A DNA stretch of 64,000 nt, taken from contig NC_052161.1 of the NCBI RefSeq assembly GCF_902713615.1, positions 124,952,678-125,016,677 on the forward strand, read 5' to 3'. Made by a program: the position numbers and the translations under genes. The stretch's first letter is position 1; each line of letters starts with the position of its first letter. Source of the stretch: Scyliorhinus canicula. Its lineage: Eukaryota. Under the pieces are notes generated by a model. That model made no database searches, was not told the DNA's origin, and saw nothing but the letters and a program-made list of their open reading frames with translations. Positions 1 through 13,348 of the stretch are shown in pieces.

Positions 1-517
1 CGGCGGACAGCTCGACGATGTGGCGCAGGACGAAGCGCTTGGCGTTCTCGGCCAGGCCGCGGCAGGCGTAGGCCTCGGCGAATTCCTGGATCTCCAGGCA
101 GTTGGCCACGTCCAGCTGGCGCTCCAGGTAGGCGCAGCAGGCCTCCTTCACCGAGGGGAACTGGAAGAGGTCGGCGGCGCGGGCCAGCGGCTCCACGTTG
201 CCCTGCGTGACGGTCACCCGGCCGGTGTAGGAGAAATCCAGCAGCAGGCCCAGCACGTCGGCCTTCACCCCGTGCAGCTCCACCCGCTCGGCGTAGCTCT
301 CCTTCAGCCGGCCCGCGAACATGGCCCTGAAGTAGTGGCTGGCGGCCGCCAGCACCGTCCGGTGGCACGGGAAGTCCTGGCCGCCCACCGACAGGGTCAT
401 GTCGAAGAACTTGCCCTCCGCCCGCAGCTCGTTGATGCCCTGCAGGATGTTGAGCGCGTGGCCGGCGTCCGAGAAGGGCAGCACCGAGGCTTGGGTCAGC
501 GTGGTCGGCCTGTCCAT
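1..517 (-). CDS. KLHL21: Kelch-like protein 21, first coding exon (BTB and start of BACK domain), truncated by window edge
   Basis: Minus frame from ATG at 517 reads [74 protein letters not shown]...[11 protein letters not shown]...[14 protein letters not shown]...[16 protein letters not shown], matching the recalled human KLHL21 N-terminus (MERPAPLAVLPFSDPAHALSLL...). Very high GC3; synteny with PHF13/THAP3. Confidence 0.93.
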   Translation of the reverse strand, partial: MDRPTTLTQASVLPFSDAGHALNILQGINELRAEGKFFDMTLSVGGQDFPCHRTVLAAASHYFRAMFAGRLKESYAERVELHGVKADVLGLLLDFSYTGRVTVTQGNVEPLARAADLFQFPSVKEACCAYLERQLDVANCLEIQEFAEAYACRGLAENAKRFVLRHIVELSA

Positions 518-544
518 CCTTCTGACCGCTGGAGCTCACACCAT

Positions 545-606
545 CTGCAAGCAGAGAGGGAAGGAGGTTATTACAGAGCTGGCGTGGGCACCCTGGCAGC
601 TTTATA
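545..606 (-). promoter_or_regulatory. Candidate splice acceptor (branch point, polypyrimidine tract, AG at 546-545) and a TATAAA at 606-601 upstream of the KLHL21 ATG
   Basis: Minus strand reads ctctgtaataacctccttccctctctgcttgcag|ATGGTGTGA, with ccctTATAAAg about 60 nt further upstream. Confidence 0.45.
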
Positions 607-866
607 AGGGAGGCCCAGTCATCCGGCAGGTTATATTTACCAGCAGCTGAGCCTGCAAATCATCTTGACATTTGCACTCAATGGATTATAAAACTTGGCT
701 GGCTGCAGGCTCTCCACAACCTGATGAGCAACCCAGTCATGCAGACACAGTCACAGCACAAACTCATGCCCTTCTCTCCATCATGGAAAAAGTGACCAGA
801 AACACCAGCACGGTTGGACAGAGTGGCCACTTCCTTTCCTGTAAAATATATGCAACTCTTGTGTCA

Positions 867-1180
867 GAGAATTTGCAGTGCAGAAGGAGGCCATTCAGCC
901 CAGCGGGTCTGCGCCGGCCCTTGGAGAGAGCACCCTATTAAGCCCATGTCTCCACCCTATCACAGTAACCCCCCCCCCCCCCCCCCCCCCAATCGCCTTT
1001 TGGGCACTAAGCAGCGATTTAGCATGGCTAATCTACCTAACCTGCACAGTTTTGGACTGCGGGGAGGAAACCCACGTAGACACGGGGAGAAAATGCAAAC
1101 CCCACAGACAGTCATCCGAGGCTGGAATTGAACCCAGGACCTGGGCAACAGTGCTAACCATTGTGCTACCATGTCACCCT
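867..1180 (-). mobile_element. HE1/V-SINE-type tRNA-derived SINE with CR1-like tail
   Basis: Reverse complement of the head, central domain and aatggcctccttctgcactg tail shared with copies at 13012 and 50797. Confidence 0.85.
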
Positions 1181-4100
1181 GGCCAGGATCACACTCTTGC
1201 CATCCAAGTGGTGAAATCTGCTCCCACTCCATATGTTCAATCACATAATCTAAGTTGGCAGTGCCGAGAGAGTGCAGCACTGCTGCAGGAGGTCTTTCAG
1301 ACAAAAGACTAAAACCAAGGCCCCATCTGTTCTCTCTCAAGTGAATGTAAAACATCCCACGGCGCTGTTTCAAACTAGAGCAGGGAAATTAATCCCTTTG
1401 GCGAAGAGAGCTGGCCAGAGGCTGGGAATTCTCCGACGGGCAACCCCCCCCCCCCGTTCCCAAAACCTGTCTACAAGGCACAAGCCAGGAAGGAGTGTGA
1501 TAGAACACTGCCCATTTGTCTGGATGAGTGCAGCTCCAACAGCACAAGCTGAACACCATCCAAAACAAAGCAGCCAGCTTTGACAAAAGGTCACCTGGAC
1601 TCAAAACATTTGCTCTTTTCTCTCCCTACGGATGCTGCCAGACCTGCTGAGATTTTCCACCATTTTCTCTTCGGTTTCATATTCCAGCATCCGCAGTAAT
1701 TTGCTTTTAGCCTGCTTGATCAACAACGTGTCTGCAGCCTGAAAACATTTACTCTCAACGACCAAGAGAAAGTGGCAGGAGGGAGTACTAGATTACAAGA
1801 TGCAATGTAGCAGCTCACCAAGTTCCCTTCAACAGCAGCTCCCTAACCTGCAGCCTCTACCACTTAGAATGACAAGGGCAGCGGACAGGTAGGAACAGGA
1901 GTAGCACCGGCAACGTCCCCTCCAGGCCACATACCATCCTGACTTGGAACTATATTGCTGTTCCTTCACTGTCAATGGGTTAAAATCCTGGAACTCTCTA
2001 ACAGCACTGGGTGTACCTGCACCACATGGACTGCAGTAGTCCAGGAAGGCGGCTCACCAGCATCACTTTCTCAAAGGCAACAAATGTTGGCTAGTGACAG
2101 TCATCCCATAAAAGAATAAAATGTCCTGGTCAATACCTATCCATCAACGAACATTACCAAAACAAATTTTCTGGTCATTATCAGTGCTGTTTGTGGGACA
2201 TTGTACATAACTCAGTTGGCTGGGTTTTGCACATTACAATAGCAGCTTAATTGCCTGTAATGTGGCCCGAGGTCATGAAAGGTGGTATATAAAAGCAAAT
2301 CTTTCATTTCTATGTTAATAGTAGTCTCATTGCAAACAAACAAAAGCACCAAACACTCAGTGCAAGCAATAGCATAGGCAGCTCAATCTGACAAACAGTC
2401 ACTGAATAAGCATGTCACCTCTTTCCTCTCTACCTTAGGTGCTCAAGACCAGGATGCCAGGAGAATTTGAATAGAGCCGCCCGATCTTTTGAAACAAAAG
2501 GAAGGCAGCACCTTGATTTGACAGCATTTCTAAACATGCAAGACTCCCTCAGTACTGCTCCAGTGTTCACCAGTTAGTGTGTCCAAATCTGAGTGGCGTG
2601 CGAATAGAAAACATTCTAAGCCAGAAATAAATGTTTTCATGTATGGAATGATCTGTCTGGACTGTATGCAGAACAATACTTTTCACTGCATCTCGGTACA
2701 TATGACTATCAAAATCGTCAGAGCAAAGATATCAATCAGAATTTACAGCACAAGACAAGGCTATGCAACCTAACAGATCACTCTTCCACCAAGACTCTAT
2801 ATAAGAGATACTGCTAGAATATTGCCCTGCACACTATGACCTATTTTCTTTTTTTAAAAATAAATATTTTTATTCTCTTTTTTCACATTGTCATCACGCT
2901 ATGAACTAATTTTTCAGGCTAGTTTTATCAATCCGATTTGTCCAATCTACATGCAGATTAGTTTCCCATGATTATTGCGGTACCTTTTATAAACTCCCCA
3001 TTTATTTCTTGTACGCTCTGTCCAACAGCATAACTACTGTTAGGGCCCTATAAACACACAAGTTACCTCTTACCTTTCTTATTTCTATCCAAACTGATTC
3101 TACATCTTGCTTTTCCAAGCTAAGAACAACTCTTACTGTTGTACTAATAACATCTTAATTAAACATGGTTCCCCACCACCTTTTCCTAGCCTCCGATCTT
3201 TCCAAAATGTTCAATACCCTTCAATATTCAGGCCCCAGCTTTGGTCACCCCACAACCATGTCTCAGTGATGGCTATCCATGCTACAGATGCCCTGTGTTT
3301 TGAGATTCAGCACTTTCTCTTTACAATTTTTGCAACCTCTGGCTTTATCTACTGCTGCCAGAGCTGCTGGGTTTTCCCAGCATTTTCTGTCTTTATTTCA
3401 TATGTTATATATTATATAATATAAATGATTGTTAATTTATTTTGTTTATTAACATTATGAAGCAATAGCACTTCAGCGCTGTCGCCTCAGCACCTGTCAA
3501 CGATGGAGGGTAAATTTTCAAACTTACGCCAGAGCTACTGCATCTGATCACTATCCAGTGCATCTGGTGACAATAGTTGAGGGTAGGATCGGATTCGCAG
3601 GCAATGGTCTGTCCTCACAGTCAAGTAGTTTAGATTTTCACATGATTAATGGTTGCTTGTGTGAGGGGCTAAACAGTGACTGGAACCATACTTCAGCAAA
3701 ACGTCAAGAATTTCAGGGAGTGGAGGAGGAAATGGTAAGAGTGCAAAAATCTGAAACTCGGATCCTTCATCTGGCAAAATTTGTCCTCCCTTTTAAAAAA
3801 TGGCTTTTGAACTTATTCACATCTTACATAGTCCTCAGCAATGAGTCATTCTGGTGTCACCAGGAACATGGTTTCATAGAGAAAAACAAAAGCATTTTTA
3901 ATCACTAACACTCAGCTATAACAAACTTAACGACTCGCCACAGGACCTACTCACAGGAACAACTTATTAAGCTTCTGTGAAGCGAGCTCCACAAGTACAA
4001 ATTTGACATCAAGCCACATAAGGAGAAATTAGGACATGTGACCAAAGCTTTAAAGAGGTAAGTTTAGGAGAACCTTAAAAGGACTGAGAGCTTTAAAGCG

Positions 4101-5667
4101 GGAATTCTGGAACTTGGGGCCCAGACACTGAAGCTACTGCTGCCCAATGGCAGAGAATTTAAAGAAAGGGATCTGTAAGAAGCCAGAACTGGAGGAGCAC
4201 AGAGATCGCAGAGGATTGTTTGAGGTTACAATGATAGGGAAGGACAAGGCCATGGAGGGATTGGACCATGATTGCAGTGGGCAAATACATGATCTTGTGT
4301 GGGGCAGAGTTGTGCAGACCAGTAGATCCTTTATTTGACTGTTGGTTGGTTAACCATCGTTACTCTGGGAAGTTGTTGTGATGTGACAATTGTTCTCAGT
4401 GCCCCGTGCTTGGGGGAGGGGAGAATTCAATCGGTCATCCAGGGTTCCCTCTCAATCACTGTCCAATGATCCAACTTTAGCAGAGAACATGGTGGGGCTC
4501 ACCTGTGAAGACCCCCAACAATGTACCCGCGTTTGCTGGCACAAATAAATAAACTGTGTTTATATTGCACTTTTCAGATCCTCAGGACATCCTAAAGCAT
4601 TTACTGTCAAATATGTACTGGTGAATTGTAGTCACTTGCAATGATGTAACTGAGGGCTGAGATAACCCCAACATATGTCAGTGCCTTCAGGTCTAAAGGG
4701 AACAAAAACATGATGGAAAGTATTCCACACATGCAACGCAGGTTAGCTGCTGAATTAGACGTGTGGGAATGTGATGGAGTTCTATGTGATGGTTCCAACC
4801 TTGACTCCTTCTCATGTATCCTAGTGATATAATTGGCACATAAAGTCTGATGTTGACTGGCATATCATGAGGGATCTTTAAAGAAGGGGGTCCCAACAAC
4901 AGCAGAGGGAAAGTGAAAAGTTGTTTTAAGGCAGCAGGTCATTTTCTTTTCATGTTGCACCATCATTGCCAAGCGTGGTTTCATTTGCCTAGATCCCATG
5001 CTCTGGAATTCACTCCCCGAAACACTTTCCTTAAAATTTCCTTCTTTGGCCAGCTTTTGGCAGTTGTCCCAATATCTGATGGTGCTACATAAATTCAAGT
5101 ACCCTCCATTGTGTTTCCAAGCTAGTTTATATAAATAGCACAAGTACAAAAAACGTGAAAACATCCGCACTTGTTCCACATAATGTTGCTTTTGTTCCAG
5201 ATCAGCAGAAAATGTGCCTCAGAAATCTGTTGTTGTTACCATGCACATTCCTGTCGCTAGGCGGCGCCACAACAGCTTGCTAGCGCAGGCAAACCATGTA
5301 GTACTGCATGCCATCCGCTTGATGGCGCAGGCACCACTGTACAGCGCCATCTATTGGCAGACGTCTTTCACTATCAAGATTCATATGGCACTGCCCCTCA
5401 GTGGCATATTCCGACGCTACAGAATGACTTACACTACAACAGAATTTCTTCTCAACAGTATTTATAAAACGCCTATCACACAGAATCAGAAACACAGAAC
5501 TCTTACAGTACAGGAGGCCATTTGGCCCATCGCGTCTGTAGCGCTCTCCAAACAAGCAACATGGCTTAAGTGTCACTTCCTCGCATCTCCGCACATTGTT
5601 TCTATTCACATAATCATTTAATGCCCTCTTGAATGCCTCTATTGAATGCCACGCCTACAAGATAACA

Positions 5668-5995
5668 CAGGTTAGCACTGTTGCTTCACAGCTCCAGGGT
5701 CCCGGATTCGATTCCTGGCTTGGGTCACTGTGCGGAGTCTACACTTTCTCCCCGTGTTTGCGTGGGTTTCCTCCGTGTGCTCTGGTTTCCTCCCACAGTC
5801 CAAAGATATGCAGGTTAGGTGGATTGGCCATGCTAAATTGCCCTTAGTGTCCAAAAAAGGGGGCGGGGGGGGGGGGGGTTACTGGGTTATGGGGATCGGA
5901 TGGTGGTGTGGGCTTCTTTAGGATGCTCTTTCCAAGGGCAGGTGTAGACTTGATGGGCTGAATGGCCTCCTTCTGCACTGTAGCTTCTATGATTC
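5668..5995 (+). mobile_element. HE1/V-SINE-type SINE
   Basis: tRNA head, core ctccccgtgtttgcgtgggtttcctcc, tail aatggcctccttctgcactgtag. Confidence 0.85.
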
Positions 5996-5999
5996 TAAG

Positions 6000-8900
6000 A
6001 TTATCAAAAGTCTTCTGAAAACCCAACTACACTACATCCACCAACTCCCCTTTATCAATTCAGTTAGTAACATCCTCAAAAAACTTCAACAGATTCATCA
6101 AACACAATTTTCCATTCCTAAATCCATGTTGATTATGCCCAACCAGGTTATTATTTAAGTGTCCATTTATCATATCTTTTATAACAGATTGCAGCATTTT
6201 CCCTTCTTAATTATGACTAACATGTCTGTAGTCCCCCTTTTTCTCACTTCTCAAGTAGTGGAGTGACATTTGCTATCTTCCAATCTGCAGGAGCTGTTCC
6301 AGAATCTAAAGAATTTTGGAAGATGATCATTAATGCATCTATTATCTCAATAGCTACTACCTCTTTCAACACTGAGATGTAGGATATCAGGTCTTGGGAC
6401 CTATCAGCCTTCAGTCCCATTAATTTCCAGCACAACCTTCTTACCAATATGAATTTCCTTCAAATCCTCATTCTCTCTTGCCCTTTGGATCTCTAATTCT
6501 GAGATTTACTGCATCTTCCTCAGTGAAGACAGACACAAAATAATCATTTAGCTTCTCTGTCATTTTTATAATTCCCATTATAAAGTCTCCTGACTCTGCC
6601 TGTAATGGACCCACATTTGTCTTAGCTATATCTTTCCTTTTTTACTACCTATAGAAGTTTTTGCAGTCCAAGTTTATGTTTCTTTAAATAAATTTAGAGT
6701 AGCCAATTATTTTTTCTTTGCCCCTTAAGGGGCAATTTAGCTAACCAGCACATCTTTGGGTTGTGGGGTGAAACCCATGCAGACATGGGAGAATGTGCAA
6801 ACTCCACATGGACAGTGACCCGGGGCCGGGATTCGGATCCGGGTCCTCAGCGCAGCAGTCCCAGTGCTAACCACTGGTCACCTGGTTTACATTCATATTC
6901 TATTCTTTTCTTTATCAGTTTCTTGGTCCTCCTTTGTTGTATTCTAAAATCCTCCCAATCCTCAGGTTTACTACTCTTTCTGGCAACTGTATAGGCCTTT
7001 TGATTTGAGCTTATACAACCTTTAACTTTCTTTGTTAGTCACGGCTGACTGACTTTTTGTTTTTAGGTTTTTGTGTCTTGGAGGAATGGAGAGTTGCTGT
7101 AAACTATGTAATAATTATTTAAAGACGGTCCATTGCCTATGAACCAACAAACCTTTTAATGTATTTTCCCAATCCAATTCAACCAAATTTCCTTTGTTCA
7201 AATTTAACACCCTGGCTTCAGATTGGACTACCTCATTTTCAAACATTCAATCATAAATTCTATCATATAACGGTCACTCATCCCTAAAGGTTATTTTACA
7301 ACAAGATTATTAATTAACCCTTTCTTGCTACATGATATCTGACCTAAAATCTGTCCTCTAGTCGGTTCCTCAACATACTTCTCTGAGCACATTGGTTAGC
7401 ATTGCTGCTTCACAGCGCCAGGGTCCCAGGTTCGATTCCCGCTTGGGTCACTGTCTGTACGGAGTCTGCACGTTCTCTCTGTGTCTGCGTGGGTTTCCTC
7501 CAGGTGCTCCGGTTTCCTCCCACAAGTCCCGAAAGACGTGCTGTTAGCTGAATTGGACATTCTGAATTCTCCCTCTGTGTACCCGAACAGGTGCTGGAGT
7601 GTGGTGACTAGGGGCTTTTCACAGTAACTTCACTGTAGTGTTAATATAAGCCTACTTGTGACAAAAAAGATTATTAAATTTCCCCAAAAAATCCCATCCC
7701 AGCCGACTCGAGCAACTCATCCTCTAAATCATTAGTGCTCATTAGATTTACTCAGCCGATATGCGGATTGAAGTCACCAATGATCACCGTATTACTCATA
7801 CTACTTTTTCATCTCCTGATTCATACTATACCCCAAACTACCATTACTGTTTGGTGGCCTATAGACAAATAGTACCAATGTATGCTGCCCCTTGCTGTTT
7901 CTTAGCTCCAGCCAAGCAGAATCCACATTTTATTGTTCGGATCGGAGATCCTCCCCTGTCAACATACCGATCCCATCCCTCAATATGAGCAGAATACCAC
8001 CTTTTCTTTTTGCCTGTACTTCCTAAATGTTGAATATCCTTGCACATCAGTCTTGGTCACCCTGTAACCATGTTTCCTTAATGTCAAATAGATCGCACCA
8101 ATCTACCTCTATTTGTGCCTTCAAATCATCTACCTTATTGCGAAAGTACCCGTAACATCCTACATTTTAAGCCTATTGATGACGGCCTTCATTTCACCTA
8201 CCTTATATTTTCACTTGCCATTTTTCTTCTTCCTATTACTAGTTTTACTTCCTTTCAATTTAAGCTACCCCTCAGGTTCCCACCCTCCTGATAAGCTAGT
8301 TTAAACACTCCCCAACAGCACTAGCAAATCTCCTGGTGAGGATATTGGTCCTGGTCCTGTACACGCTTTAACTGCCCTTGAACCAATCTCAATGCCTCAG
8401 ACATCTGATGCCCTCTCTCCTGTATCAATTCTCCAGCCACATGTTCAAGCACTCAATACTCCTGTTCCTATGTTCACTAGCATATAGCATTGGGAATAAC
8501 CCTCAGAATACTATTTTTGTAAGACCATAAGATCATATGGTCTTGAGGTCTTGCTTTTTAATTTCCTTCCCAACTCCTTAAAATATGCTTTCAGGACTTC
8601 ATCCCTCTTCCTACCTATATCATTGGTACCAATGGGAACCAAGACCGTTGGCTGTTCATCCTCCTCCAGTAGGATTTGCTGGAGCCATTTTGTGACCCTG
8701 GCACCAGGGGAGGCAACAATCATCATGGAGTCATGTTACTGCCTGTATGATTCCCTGGCCATCAAATCCTGTGGAATCCTTACTGGTGTCCCAAATGGAA
8801 AACCAATTATCAAGCAAGATAGACTCAGGGGACTCCTGCACTACCTGCATGGTTCTCTTAGAACACATGGCAGTCACCCATCCCCTCTTCGTCCGTATGC

Positions 8901-9300
8901 TCCTAACCTGTGGTGTGACCACCTCCCTAAATGTGCTATCCACATGACTCCAGCCGCTGCTCGAGTTCTGAAACCTCAAGCTTCTGCAGCTGGCGACAAA
9001 TCTTGCTGTTGTGTTCGCCCAGGACACATGGTGCATCCATGACTTCCCACATACGACAGGGGTACATTCCACGCAACCATAACTTTAAAAAAGCTCTTTA
9101 TTACAATTAGAATAACTCACCAGTTATTCACCAATCAGCTTCTTTCCTGTATTGGTGCAAGAGCCAACTGCTGGAGGCTGAAAAAGGTTTTAAACAAAAA
9201 GAACTTCCCTCACCGATCTCCCAGCTTGACACTCTGTGCAGACCAAGCAGCACTAAGTGAAAACTTTTTTTAAACTTTCAGAGTCAGCAGCTCTCAGCGC
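6000..9300 (-). mobile_element. Degraded CR1 LINE (ORF1 esterase, endonuclease, N-terminal RT), interrupted by SINEs
   Basis: ORF fragments 8511-8726 (PGARV...PTVLVPIGTNDIGRKRDEVLK, CR1 ORF1 SGNH esterase-like) and 6244-6447 (LMIIFQNSLDSGTAPADWKIANVTPL, CR1 RT); many stops and frameshifts. Confidence 0.85.
7385..7675 (+). mobile_element. V-SINE-type SINE with the alternative ggcgactaggggcttttcacagtaac tail
   Basis: Same head and core as HE1-type copies but a different 3' module; nested in the CR1. Confidence 0.8.
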
Positions 9301-11410
9301 AGGCATCAGTTCACAATTTGCCTCTGACTAGCTTGTCCCCTTGTGTTGTCACAGTGTCCCACATCTTCACTTCCTGCATGTTCTTTAATTCATTTACATC
9401 TATGGGGGAATCTCCTTATTCACCCCTTTCAGGACTACAAAGCTCTTTCCAGAGAAGGGGTGATATCTAAAGTTTTTGCTGTTGGTATCCAACACCACTA
9501 CTGCCTGTAGAGAGTGAGATGCAGTTGGAAACACATTATTGGAGGAGAGAAGGTGCAAAGTGCCTTGGCCGATCCACGTTGAATCCACATGGTTAGTTGG
9601 CTTGTAACTTGCTCAGTCCTAACCATTATTTGAGGTAGGGTCAAAAAGGAACATAGATTATCATAGAATTTACAGTGCAGAAGGAGGCCATTCGGCCCAT
9701 CGAGTCTGCACCGGCCCTTACAAAGAGCACCCTACTGAAGCCCAAGTTGAACAACAATACAATGTAAACCTCTTCATTCTATTATCCATTATGCGTAAGA
9801 GCCAGATTGTAAGTGGACAAACTGGGTCTGACAGATCACAGCTAGCTAGTGCACAGCAAGAATGATCTCCACACAAACCTCTACACAAATATCATGTCTA
9901 GTTTGGACACAAGAGATTTGTCCATTTCACCATATTCTATACAAATTGGGTCCACCATATGCTCTGCACCCAGAATGGCAAACATCCAATATATTCCATT
10001 AAAAAAAAACACTCAGAATGTCAACATAGATGGCAAGGTCTGTATTTATTGCCCATCCTTAGTCTTCCTGGAAGGTTTGATATAATTGTGTACTAAGTCA
10101 ATTAAGAGACTGGAGTCACATACAAGCAGACTGCGTAAAGATGGCAGCTTTCTTAAATGCTCAATGGGTTCACTTTATGTCAATCTGGCAGCTTCATGTC
10201 ACTTTCACCGAGACCAATTGTTTTATTTCCAGATATTAAATTGATTTTCTCAAACTGCCATGGTAGCTTGAATTTGCATTCCCTTATTTGCTAGTTCAAG
10301 ACTCCGGTTTGTTGGCCAACTAACATAACCACAGCACTACCATATTGCTACAATTCCCAATTTCAGATATGACACCAAGGAAAACACAATGTTAAACGTC
10401 CCCCATTCCCAACTTCAATGCATCTCCTAGTAGCTGATTATAATGCAATTAATAGTGAGAATGTATGCGGGCATGAAGACGGAAATATCAAATAAAGGGG
10501 ACAAGCTGCAAATGCCAGAAATACACAGTATCTGCGAAGACTACATACATGTCACGACAAGGTTTTTCTAACACTGATCCTGTGCTTGCTCCCAGCAGTT
10601 TCTGTTTTTTATAACAAAGCTGGTGTCAGCTTGACTGACTGGGTAACACTTTCACCTCTGCATCAGCAGGTTATAGGATTTGATGACCCCTACGCCACAC
10701 CCCAGGCTCACAGCCCTTTGACAACCTGGCACTCCTCCTCAGTATTGCAGAGACATTAAACGGAGACCTTCATCTGCTTTTTGACGCAGATACTCAAGAT
10801 CCCCAAGCTGTTCAGGGAACACCCCTTTCCCCAGCGTCTTGGCCACATTCACCAGCACAACAAATTTCTCCCGTGATTCAGCGCAAGCAAGCACCAATAT
10901 CAATTTCAATCAATTCATGAGAAGTACGTTGCCGTACTCCAACATCACCAGGCAGTGGGATTGCCAGGAAATGAGGCGTTCTTCAATTGACTGATTTAAT
11001 GCTCTTCTTAAATTGGCTTGAACTGACTACTTTGATCTGGCCCTGGTAAACAGTACCTGTGACCAACAGTAATGACACAGGTTCATCCTGCTCTGTTGTA
11101 ATTGATTAAATTTAGTCGACTAGGGCAGCACGGTGGCGCAGTGGGTTAGCCCGACTTTAAGCAGAGTTTAAAGAAATAGCAGCAGGAGAAACATAACCGA
11201 GCAGGCTGGTTATTGCAGGTACATGGGATTAAACACTGGATATAAGTTAGCATGGGTGCCATGCAGCTGAGGATCTGGGCTCAATGGGTGGAAACACTTC
11301 ATTTCAATCAGGTTTTGGACGGGCTTTTGAACCAATGTGTTGAGTTCGAGGAAGCAACCAAACAGGAGCGTAAGGAAACAAAAGGTTTATTGACGCAGAA
11401 CAAAAACTCT

Positions 11411-11638
11411 GGGCGGCACAGTGGCGCTGTGGTTAGCACTACTGCCTCACGGCGCCGAGGACCCGGGTTTGATCCGGGCCCCAAGTCCCTGTCCGTGTGG
11501 AGTTTGCACATTCTCCCACATGTCTGCGTGGGTCTGTCCCCCACAGCCCAAAAGATGTGCAGGGTAGGTGAATTGACCTTGCTAAATTTCCCCTTAATTG
11601 GAAAAATAAATTGGGTACTCTAAATTTATTTTTAAAAA
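11411..11638 (+). mobile_element. Short V-SINE-type SINE (tail ccccttaattggaaaa...gggtactctaaattt)
   Basis: tRNA head plus V core, short AT-rich tail; many sister copies in window. Confidence 0.85.
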
Positions 11639-12584
11639 GAATGAAAACTCCATGTACGCCGTGCCCAGCTCATACCCAGGCCGGGGGTTTTTATGTCCTG
11701 ATTAGCTCCACCGCTGATGAGGAAGCTCCACCCCACAGGTGGAGGGGGGGGGGACTCACACTCCACGAGACTTACGGGGAGCTTAATCGACCCGGCCCCG
11801 TGCATGTCACGATGAAGTGTAAAATGTGTAACTCATTCATGCTCAATACTCCACAGTCTTTATTTCTTTCTGCCCAGAGTGTTATCTGGGAAGAAGCCAT
11901 ACAGAAACTTGACTCCTTGAAATATTTATTTCCTACTTAACACGTGGTGCAGCTGCATCAGGCTCTGTTCTAATGGTTGGGAGTCAGCAGTATCTGATCG
12001 GAAGAATATGACCGGGTTTGCATGAATATAATTTCCATTCTGTGGGTCAACTGATTACACTAGTTAAATGGTCATTAACCTAAAACTTTCAATTGCAAAA
12101 TAACAGTCCTCCTCATCTCTCTCTCTGCAAACCACCCCCCCCCCCCCCCCCCCCCCCCCCATTCTCACTCAGCCCAAACCCCTCTGTAAATGGTGAACTT
12201 ACAAAAAGGGCTCTGAATTCCAGCACACAAAAAACTCAAGATCAGAGCCTATTGCTAGGATACTGGTCTATAATCCTGGACAGAGAATTCCCTGCGCCGC
12301 ATGGTTTCAGTCACAGACTGTCTGGCCTCAGTGTAAAATTTAAACCCTTCTCTCTTCAAATCCACAATTCTTTCATCGCCGATGCTCTTCCTGATTACCT
12401 CATCGTCCTAATTTCCTTCTACCCCCATCCTGCACCCTCTTCACTGCATCCTTGCTATTATAAATCGGGATGCCTCACATCCTCATCTCCCAAACCCATT
12501 GCTTCCTGGGGCTTCAAGACTGCAGAGCACCTCACTTCCCCGAGTCTCCATTCCTACTATACTCCACAGGCCTTATAGCTTAGA

Positions 12585-12895
12585 GGAGGTGGTGGTAGTG
12601 GTATTGTCACTGGACTAGATAACCAGAGACCCAGAGTACTCTGGGGTTCCAGGTTCAAATCCTGCCACTGTAGGTGGCGAAATTTGAATTTAATAAAAAT
12701 CTGGGAAAAACCATCTGGTTCACGGATGTCCTTCAGGGAAGGAAATCTGTGGTCCTTATCTGGTCAGGCCTATATGTGATTCCAAACCCACAGCAATGCG
12801 GTTGACTCTTAACTGCCCCTCAAGGGCAATTAAGGATGGGCAATAAATGCTGGCACAGCCTGCGATGCCCACGTCCCATGAACGCATAAAAAAAA
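12585..12895 (+). mobile_element. Second tRNA-headed SINE family (A-tailed); a sister copy lies at about 58150-58430 on minus
   Basis: Head ggtattgtcactggactag...ggttcaaatcc, tail gggcaataaatgctggc...cccatgaacgcataaaaaaa. Confidence 0.65.
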
Positions 12896-13011
12896 ATAAA
12901 ATCACACAGTCACTAATCAATTTACCGCCCCTTCTTTCCCAACTTGGTACTGTCCTGGGCTTCAGCCTTGACGCAAAATTCCCGTTTTTAAAATAGTTTC
13001 TCGAGCGAGAA

Positions 13012-13348
13012 GAGCGGTCGGTAGCATAGTGGTTAGCACAGTTGCTTCACAGCTCCAGGGTCCCAGGTTCGATTCCCGGCTTGGGTCACTGTCTGTGCGG
13101 AGTCTGCACGTTCTCCCCGTGTCTGCGTGGGTTTCCTCCGGCTGCTCCAGTTTCATCCCACAGTTCAAAGATGTGCAGGTTAGGTGGATTGGCCATGCTA
13201 AATTGCCCTTAGTGTCCAAAAAAAAGGTTGGGTGGGGTGACTGGGTTGCAGGGAGGGTGGGGGTGTGGGCTTGGGTAGGGTGCTCTTTCCAAGGGCCGGT
13301 GCAGACTCGATGGGCCAAATGGCCTCCTTCTGCACTGTAAATTCTATG
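13012..13348 (+). mobile_element. HE1/V-SINE-type SINE, near full length
   Basis: gtggttagc...ggttcgattccc A/B boxes, V core, tail gggccaaatggcctccttctgcactgtaaattctatga. Confidence 0.9.

Noticed and set aside
20-607. 195-aa plus-strand ORF
   Set aside because: Antisense shadow of the GC3-rich KLHL21 exon.
13012-13090. tRNA genes (A/B boxes here and in many similar copies)
   Set aside because: SINE heads continuing into V core and tails; no complete cloverleaf.
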